This document shows, in pieces, positions 57,703 to 64,000 of a stretch of DNA of 64,000 nucleotides. The DNA comes from an uncultured delta proteobacterium. GTDB lineage: Bacteria; Desulfobacterota; Binatia; Binatales; Binataceae. Each line of letters opens with the position of its first letter. The first letter of the stretch is position 1. Made by a program: the position numbers and the translations under genes. The notes under the pieces are model-generated. The model was not told the DNA's origin and did no database searches. It was given only the letters and a program-made list of their open reading frames with translations. The stretch is from contig CAWCDG010000002.1 of assembly GCA_963794325.1 (NCBI GenBank), positions 128,001 through 192,000 on the forward strand. The letters are read 5' to 3'.

Positions 57703-58782
57703 ATGCTCTACCTGCTGCTCTACCCCCTGCACAAATATTACTCCGGATTCAACGCGCTCCGGTACGAAACGCTGCGCTCGGTGCTTGCCGGACTTACCGC
57801 GCTCGCGCTGTCGTTGGCTCTGGGACCCATTCTAATCGAACGGTTCCGCGAGCTGCGCATCGGCCAGACGATTCGCGAGGTCGTTCCGCAGGCGCATCAG
57901 AAGAAAGCCGGCACGCCGACCATGGGCGGACTGCTGATCGTCGCATCGATGCTGTCTGCGACGCTCCTGCTCGCCAACATTTTAAATCCGTATGTCTGGA
58001 TCGCGATCTTCGTGACGCTGAGTTTCGGCGCGATCGGTTTCAGCGACGACTACTTCAAGCTCGCTCGCGGCAAGGGGCTTGGCCTTTCCGGGCCCGCGAA
58101 ACTTGTGTGGTCGTTCTCGTGCGCGTTCATCGCGGCCGCGTGGCTCTTTCTGTATCTCGGCTTCGACACGCATCTGACTGTTCCATTCCTGAAGAATGTA
58201 CATCCTGATCTGCACGTCTGGTTTTACATTCCGTTCGCGATGCTGGTGATCGTTGGATGCTCGCACGCGGTGAACCTGACTGATGGGCTCGACGGTCTCG
58301 CGATTGGACCCGTGATGACCGTCGCGCTCACTTACTGGACGTTCAGCTACGTCGCCGGCAACATCAAGTTCGCGAGTTACCTGCAGATCCCGTACATCGC
58401 GAACATGGGCGAGGTCGCAATTTTCTGCGCGTCGATCATCGCCGCATCGCTCGGCTTCTTGTGGTTCAACGCGTATCCGGCCTCGATGATGATGGGCGAT
58501 GTCGGCGCACTCGCGCTCGGCGGTGCGATCGGCACGGTCGCGGTGCTGTGCAAACAGGAACTGGCGCTGATAATCGCGGGCGGAGTGTTCGTCGCGGAGG
58601 CGGCCTCAACCATCATTCAGCGATATTATTTCAAAGCGACGCGCAAGCGATTTTTCCTGATGGCGCCGCTGCACCATCACTTTGAACTCAAGGGCATTCC
58701 CGAGACCGTGGTCGTGATCAGATTCTGGATCGTATCGATCGTGTGCGCGCTGGTCGCGCTGAGCACGCTGAAGCTGCGTTGA
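57703..58782 (+). CDS. mraY: Phospho-MurNAc-pentapeptide transferase
   Basis: KAGTPTMGG, DDY, NLTDGLDGL, MGDVG, APLHHHFE. Confidence 0.97.
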   Translation: MLYLLLYPLHKYYSGFNALRYETLRSVLAGLTALALSLALGPILIERFRELRIGQTIREVVPQAHQKKAGTPTMGGLLIVASMLSATLLLANILNPYVWIAIFVTLSFGAIGFSDDYFKLARGKGLGLSGPAKLVWSFSCAFIAAAWLFLYLGFDTHLTVPFLKNVHPDLHVWFYIPFAMLVIVGCSHAVNLTDGLDGLAIGPVMTVALTYWTFSYVAGNIKFASYLQIPYIANMGEVAIFCASIIAASLGFLWFNAYPASMMMGDVGALALGGAIGTVAVLCKQELALIIAGGVFVAEAASTIIQRYYFKATRKRFFLMAPLHHHFELKGIPETVVVIRFWIVSIVCALVALSTLKLR

Positions 58783-58786
58783 ATCG

Positions 58787-60124
58787 ATGGAACTTTCGGA
58801 CAAACGCGTGATGGTTGTGGGACTTGGGGTCAGCGGAGTCGCCGCGGCCCGGTTTCTCGCCTCGCGCGGCGCAAGACTCGTGATGACCGATCGGCGCGTC
58901 GATGTCGATCGCAGCAATCTGCCTCAGGGCGCGTTGAAGCTGGGCGCGGAAGACGCGAGCCGGCTGGACGGCATCGACCTCGTCGTCACGAGTCCCGGAG
59001 TACCGCGCGATTCTATTCTGTTGACTGCCGCGACCGCTCGTGGAATTCCGGTGATCGGTGAGATCGAACTCGCCAGCCGCTTCCTTGATGCACCAATCGC
59101 CGCGATCACCGGCACCAACGGCAAGAGCACGGTGGTCGTGCTGCTCGGCGAGATTCTCAAAGCGTCGGGACGGCGCACTTTCGTCGGCGGCAACCTCGGC
59201 ACGCCGCTAATCGACGCGGTCGGTGGCGAATACGACGTCGCGGTTGTCGAGGTGTCGAGTTTCCAGTTGGAGTGGATCGAGAAATTTCGACCGAAGGCAG
59301 GCGTGCATCTTAATCTGACCGACGATCACTTCGATCGCTACAAGGATCTCGACGACTACGGACGCGCGAAGGCGCGCTTGTTCGAGAATCAGCAGGCTTC
59401 CGACTACGCGATTCTGAATCGCGACGATCCCAATGTATGGAAGCTCGCGAAAAGCGTGCGTGCGCGTGTGATTGGCTTCGGGCACGCGCGCGGCGAATCG
59501 GGAGCGTCGATCTGGTTCGACGAGCCGGCTAACGCGATCGCGTTCGATTTTGATTTTGACGACGCGCCTCGCGGACGAATCAGCCTCGAAGGTTTTCGCC
59601 TGCGCGGCCGGCACAACATCTCCAATGCGATGGCGGCGTCGGCGGCGGCGCTCGCGCTTCGCATCAAGGCCGGACAAATCGAGCGCGCGCTTGCATCGTT
59701 CCGAGGCCTACCGCATCGGATTGAGGTCGTACACGAACGCGACGGCGTGACTTATATCGACGACTCGAAGGGGACCAACGTCGGTGCCGTGGTCGAAGCG
59801 ATCGACGCGCTCACTGCGCCGATAATTTTGATCGCCGGCGGTCTCGATAAGGGCGGCGACTACGCTCCGCTGCGGCGTCCACTCGGCGAAAAAGTAAAAC
59901 TGGCGATTTTCAACGGCGCGGCGCGCGACAAGATGGCGGCGGCGCTCGACGGCGCGACGAAGATAGAATCGGTGGCGACTCTCAAGGAAGCGGTCGAACA
60001 TGCGGCGCGCGCGGCGCGGCCGGGCGACACTGTCCTGCTCTCGCCGGCGTGCTCGAGCTTCGATCAATTCAAGGACTATGCGGAACGTGGGAACGTATAT
60101 AAAGAGCTGGTTCGGGCGCTTTGA
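58787..60124 (+). CDS. murD: UDP-MurNAc-L-Ala:D-Glu ligase
   Basis: GTNGKST, EVSSFQLE, DDSKGTN, LLSPACSSFDQF. Confidence 0.97.
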   Translation: MELSDKRVMVVGLGVSGVAAARFLASRGARLVMTDRRVDVDRSNLPQGALKLGAEDASRLDGIDLVVTSPGVPRDSILLTAATARGIPVIGEIELASRFLDAPIAAITGTNGKSTVVVLLGEILKASGRRTFVGGNLGTPLIDAVGGEYDVAVVEVSSFQLEWIEKFRPKAGVHLNLTDDHFDRYKDLDDYGRAKARLFENQQASDYAILNRDDPNVWKLAKSVRARVIGFGHARGESGASIWFDEPANAIAFDFDFDDAPRGRISLEGFRLRGRHNISNAMAASAAALALRIKAGQIERALASFRGLPHRIEVVHERDGVTYIDDSKGTNVGAVVEAIDALTAPIILIAGGLDKGGDYAPLRRPLGEKVKLAIFNGAARDKMAAALDGATKIESVATLKEAVEHAARAARPGDTVLLSPACSSFDQFKDYAERGNVYKELVRAL

Positions 60125-61226
60125 CGCGGTAAGCTACCGGCGCCCCGACCCGTGGCTGTGGCTGCCGGCGGCGGTGCTGTTGCTACTGGGGCTGCTGATG
60201 GTGCTGAACACGACCTACTTTCTCGGTATCGAGAAGCGCGGCGACGCGTTCCATTTTTTCAAGCTTCACCTGGCGCACATCGCGGTAGGCTTCGTGTTTT
60301 TGATGTTGCTCTCGCAATTCTCGCTGGCGGGGCTGCGACGTATCGCGATGCCCCTGTTCATCGCGTCCATCGTGATGCTCGCGCTGCTCTACGTGCCTGG
60401 GTTCGGGTTGATGAAGGGCGGCGCGCGCCGATGGCTCAGGCTGGGACCGGTGATCGCGGAACCGTCGGAGCTGGTGAAATTCGCGCTGGTATTTTTCCTC
60501 GCGAAGTTTCTCAGCGCGCGGCAGAATCGGATCCGCGAATTCAAGCATGGCCCGCTCGCGGTGTTTCTGATCGTCGGACCGATCACGCTTTTAATTTTGA
60601 AGCAGCCTGACTTCGGCAGTACCGTGATGATTGCTCTGATCCTGTTCGCGATGCTGTGGGCGGCCGGCGCGCGCTGGCAGCATCTTGCCGGTGCGGGCGG
60701 TGGCGCGCTCGGTCTGTTGGCTTTTCAGGCAGTGGCGAAGTCGTACCGGATGAAGCGCCTGACTACGTTTCTCGATCCATGGTCAGTCGCGCGCGGCGCC
60801 GGCTTCCAACTCGTACAATCGTTCATCGCGCTCGGCGAAGGCGGCAAATGGGGAGTCGGTCTCGGCGCTGGACGCCAGAAGATGTTCTACTTGCCGGAAG
60901 CTCACACCGACTTTGTGTTCGCCGTCGTTGGCGAGGAGTTCGGCCTGATCGGCGCGGCAGTCGTAATCTCCCTGTTCCTGGTGATCCTGTTCCGCGGGAT
61001 GCGAATCGCGCATGACGAGCCCGATCCGTTCGCGAGTCTGCTCGCGGTGGGACTGACGGCGCTGCTCTCGATTCAAGCTCTGATCAACATGTCGGTGGTG
61101 ATCGGGCTGATCCCGACCAAGGGACTGCCGCTGCCGTTTCTGAGTTACGGCGGCACTTCGATCATCATCGCGATGGCGGCGTTGGGCGCGCTACTGGCGC
61201 TCGGACGCCGGCCGGCGGTGCGATGA
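60078..61226 (+). CDS. ftsW: SEDS peptidoglycan polymerase FtsW; start approximate
   Basis: GARRWL, PSELVK, QPDFG, YLPEAHTDF, LPFLSYGGTS. Confidence 0.95.
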   Translation: MRNVGTYIKSWFGRFDAVSYRRPDPWLWLPAAVLLLLGLLMVLNTTYFLGIEKRGDAFHFFKLHLAHIAVGFVFLMLLSQFSLAGLRRIAMPLFIASIVMLALLYVPGFGLMKGGARRWLRLGPVIAEPSELVKFALVFFLAKFLSARQNRIREFKHGPLAVFLIVGPITLLILKQPDFGSTVMIALILFAMLWAAGARWQHLAGAGGGALGLLAFQAVAKSYRMKRLTTFLDPWSVARGAGFQLVQSFIALGEGGKWGVGLGAGRQKMFYLPEAHTDFVFAVVGEEFGLIGAAVVISLFLVILFRGMRIAHDEPDPFASLLAVGLTALLSIQALINMSVVIGLIPTKGLPLPFLSYGGTSIIIAMAALGALLALGRRPAVR

Positions 61227-62306
61227 AAGTGATAATCGCGGGAGGCGGAACGGGCGGGCATCTTTTTCCGGCAGTCGCGCTGGGCGAGGAAATGATGCGC
61301 GAGCGTCCCAACCTCGAAGTGCTGTTCGTCGGCACGAGCGCGGGACTCGAGGCCAAGTGGCTGCCGAAGAGTGGATACCGGTACGAGCTTTTCGAGATGC
61401 ATGGAATTCGCGGGCATAACGTATCTCGAGCGCGCGCGAGCGTCGATGGAATTCATCCGCGCGATCGGCCTCGCGACGTCGCTGGTCAGGCGGTTTCGTC
61501 CGAGCATCGTCGTGAGCGCCGGTGGATATGCGTCGGCCTCGATGGGCGCGGCGGCGATCCTGACGCGGACCCCGCTGCTGTTGATGGAACAGAACACGCG
61601 TCCGGGTCTGGCGAACCGCATGATGGCGAGGTTCGCGCAAAAGATTTGCGTCGGCTTCAGTGACAGCGTCCCTTATTTCAGTTCTGCTAAAGTAGAGGTG
61701 ACCGGTAATCCGACCCGCTTCCGATACCGGCCTGACCGATCGCGACGGGAGGGCGAGCAATTACAAATCCTTGTTTTAGGCGGTTCATCGGGAGCGCATC
61801 GCCTGAATATTGGTGTCGTTGGGGCTTTCAAAATCTGCGGAAAAAGTGTTATAAATTGGAACGTAGTGCATCAGACTGGGGAGGCGGATGAGGAGTTGGT
61901 GAGGAGCGCATACCGCGAGTTCGGGTTCGCGGCGGAGGTGGTGCCGTTTATCGACGACGTCGCCGACGCCTTGCATCGCGCCGATCTGGTTATCGCTCGT
62001 TCTGGCGCGATGACGGTTACCGATATTGCTCTTGGCGCGCGTGCGGCTATTTTCGTGCCGTATCCCTTCCACAAGGATCAGCAGCAGGTTCACAACGCGC
62101 GCGTGCTTGAAAAGCGTGGCGGAGCGATAATTGTTCGCGACGATGAGAATCTTGCGGCCAATCTCGCGCGCGAGATCGAAACGCTGGTGAAGAATCCGTC
62201 GCGGCTGGACGAGATGGGTTCGCGAGCGCATCAAGCGGCGCATCCCGACGCGGCTCGTCATGTGGCGCAAATTTGTTTTGAAGTTGCGGAGAAAGCGGCA
62301 GCGTGA
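61223..62306 (+). CDS. murG: Lipid II GlcNAc transferase MurG; +1 frameshift near 61418
   Basis: GGGTGGH in ORF 61223; GGYAS, EQN, GNP, GGSSGA, RSGA in ORF 61371-62306. Confidence 0.93.
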
Positions 62307-63733
62307 GTGAACTGCATGCAAATGGTCTTTTGACGCGTCAACGGCGATTGCACTTCGTTGGAATCGGCGGCGCGGGCATGAGCGGAATCGCCGAGCTGTG
62401 CATCAAGCTCGGGATGCGGGTCAGCGGATGCGATCTGAAACCGTCGGCCGCAGTGACGCGCCTCGCCGAGCTCGGCGCGGAAATCAGCCAGGGGCATCAT
62501 CCGGCGCATTTGAAGGACGACGGCGGCATCGACGCGGTGGTGATCTCGTCGGCGATAAAGTTTTCCAATCCTGAAGTCGCGCGCGCCCGCGAAATGAAAA
62601 TCCCGGTGATCGCTCGAGCCGAGATGCTCGGCGAACTGCTGCGGATGTCGAAGCTCGGCGTCGCCGTTGCCGGAACTCACGGCAAGACGACTACCACCGG
62701 GTTGATCGCCCTGATCATGGAAGAGGCCGAACTCGATCCGACTGTTGCGGTGGGCGGAAATATTCGCAACACCGGCAGCAACGTCCGGCTCGGGCGCGGC
62801 GACTTCATGGTGGCCGAGGCCGACGAGAGCGACGCGTCGTTCCTGCTGCTCATTCCGACCATCGCGGTGGTGACGAATATCGATCCCGAACATCTCGATC
62901 ATTACGGCACGATGGATAAAGTTCGCGAAGCGTTCGTGGATTTTGTCAATCGCGTGCCTTTCTACGGCGTGGCGGTGCTCGGAATCGACAGCGTGAACGT
63001 GCGCGGATTGATCGCGTCGATTCGCAAGCCGCTGGTGACCTACGGCGTGGCGCAGGACGCGGATCTGCGCGCCGAGAAAATCGTGATCGACGGCCTTTCA
63101 ACGCGCTTCGAGCTGATCCGCAAAGGTGAGAATCTTGGCAGGGTCACGATCCCGACGCCGGGTGTGCATGTGGCGCTGAACTCGCTCGCGGCGATCGCAG
63201 TCGCGATGGAAGTCGGAATCAGTTTCGAGCGTGCGGCCGCTGCCCTGGCGAAGTTCGGCGGGATCAGCCGGCGTTTCGAGATCAAAGGCGAAGCGTCGGG
63301 ACGAATCGTGCTCGACGACTACGCGCACCATCCGGCCGAAGTGCGTGCGACGCTCGCGGCTGTGAGGGCGTCGTTCAAGCGGCGCGTGGTGGCGGTCTTT
63401 CAGCCGCATCGGTACACGCGGCTGCGCGATCTGTTCGATGAATTCCTGTCGGCGTTCGACGATGCGGACGTGCTCTATCTGTTCGATGTGTATCCGGCCG
63501 GCGAGGAACCGATTGCCGACGTTTCATCGCGCCGTTTGTACGAGGCGCTGCGCGCGCGCGGACATCTCGAAGTGCATTACCTTGGCGCCGAGGACAATCC
63601 CGCGGCGCGAATCGCGGCGGGCTCTCGCGCAGGCGACGTGATCGCGACTCTGGGCGCGGGCGATATCTACAAGACGGGTGCCGAAATCCTGAACGCGCTC
63701 AGCGCCGAGGTCAAAGTTCATGAAGGCGCTTGA
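62303..63733 (+). CDS. murC: UDP-MurNAc:L-Ala ligase
   Basis: HFVGIGGAGMSGIA, GTHGKTTT, EADESD, DDYAHHP.E, FQPHRYTR. Confidence 0.97.
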   Translation: MSELHANGLLTRQRRLHFVGIGGAGMSGIAELCIKLGMRVSGCDLKPSAAVTRLAELGAEISQGHHPAHLKDDGGIDAVVISSAIKFSNPEVARAREMKIPVIARAEMLGELLRMSKLGVAVAGTHGKTTTTGLIALIMEEAELDPTVAVGGNIRNTGSNVRLGRGDFMVAEADESDASFLLLIPTIAVVTNIDPEHLDHYGTMDKVREAFVDFVNRVPFYGVAVLGIDSVNVRGLIASIRKPLVTYGVAQDADLRAEKIVIDGLSTRFELIRKGENLGRVTIPTPGVHVALNSLAAIAVAMEVGISFERAAAALAKFGGISRRFEIKGEASGRIVLDDYAHHPAEVRATLAAVRASFKRRVVAVFQPHRYTRLRDLFDEFLSAFDDADVLYLFDVYPAGEEPIADVSSRRLYEALRARGHLEVHYLGAEDNPAARIAAGSRAGDVIATLGAGDIYKTGAEILNALSAEVKVHEGA

Positions 63734-64000
63734 GAACGATCTGCGCGAGAGATTTGGCGCGCGAGTCCGCGCGTCGATGCCTCTGGCTGAACTCACGTCG
63801 TTTCGGATCGGAGGTCCGGCCGACTTGTTCGTCAACGTCGAAGACGAAGCCGAGCTGATGCATGCGAAGGCGGCCGCATATCGCGCAAGCGTGCCGTGCT
63901 TCTGTCTGGGCGCGGGAACCAATCTGCTCGTCAGCGATCGCGGGATGCGCGGGTTGGTCGTGAGACTCGGCGACGGTTTCTCGAAAATAAAAATCGACGA
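63720..64000 (+). CDS. murB: UDP-N-acetylenolpyruvoylglucosamine reductase, 3'-truncated by the window edge
   Basis: ATG 63720 reads MKALEND...LTSFRIGGPAD...LGAGTNLLVSDRG. Confidence 0.93.
   Translation, partial: MKALENDLRERFGARVRASMPLAELTSFRIGGPADLFVNVEDEAELMHAKAAAYRASVPCFCLGAGTNLLVSDRGMRGLVVRLGDGFSKIKID

Noticed and set aside
54467-57732. Long minus-strand ORFs opposite ftsI and murE
   Set aside because: Antisense shadows caused by codon bias
61223-62306. Programmed frameshift or true pseudogene in murG
   Set aside because: No slippery site; same +1 pattern as four other lesions, so more likely sequence error

Overview
GC-rich (mostly ~60-65% by eye) bacterial chromosomal window; gene content and repeat style suggest a Binatota/deltaproteobacteria-like soil organism (inference, not verified). 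Left end: PhoB/PhoR-like two-component pair, a candidate small RNA, and tRNA-Arg(ACG). The tRNA is followed by three further copies of its 3' end that bracket small integrase-less cargo segments (2.5-7.2 kb) and two decayed ppk2 starts. Middle: lipid/aromatic catabolic and hydrolase genes (tandem acyl-CoA dehydrogenases, enoyl-CoA hydratase, BVMO, TPP decarboxylase, acyl-CoA synthetase), a GT-C/GtrA surface-glycosylation cluster, UPF0182, a carboxylesterase, a NarL-type two-component pair and an orphan DUF6079/BrxC-like P-loop protein. Right end: dcw cluster mraZ-rsmH-ftsL-ftsI-murE-mraY-murD-ftsW-murG-murC-murB(partial), with murF absent. Intergenic DNA holds at least five families of palindromic repeats that cluster and nest, including a strand-polarised family and a 25-bp element inserted inside two other families. 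Five single-base insertions disrupt genes (including murG) and are probably sequencing errors. All product calls rest on motif recognition only; no searches were run.
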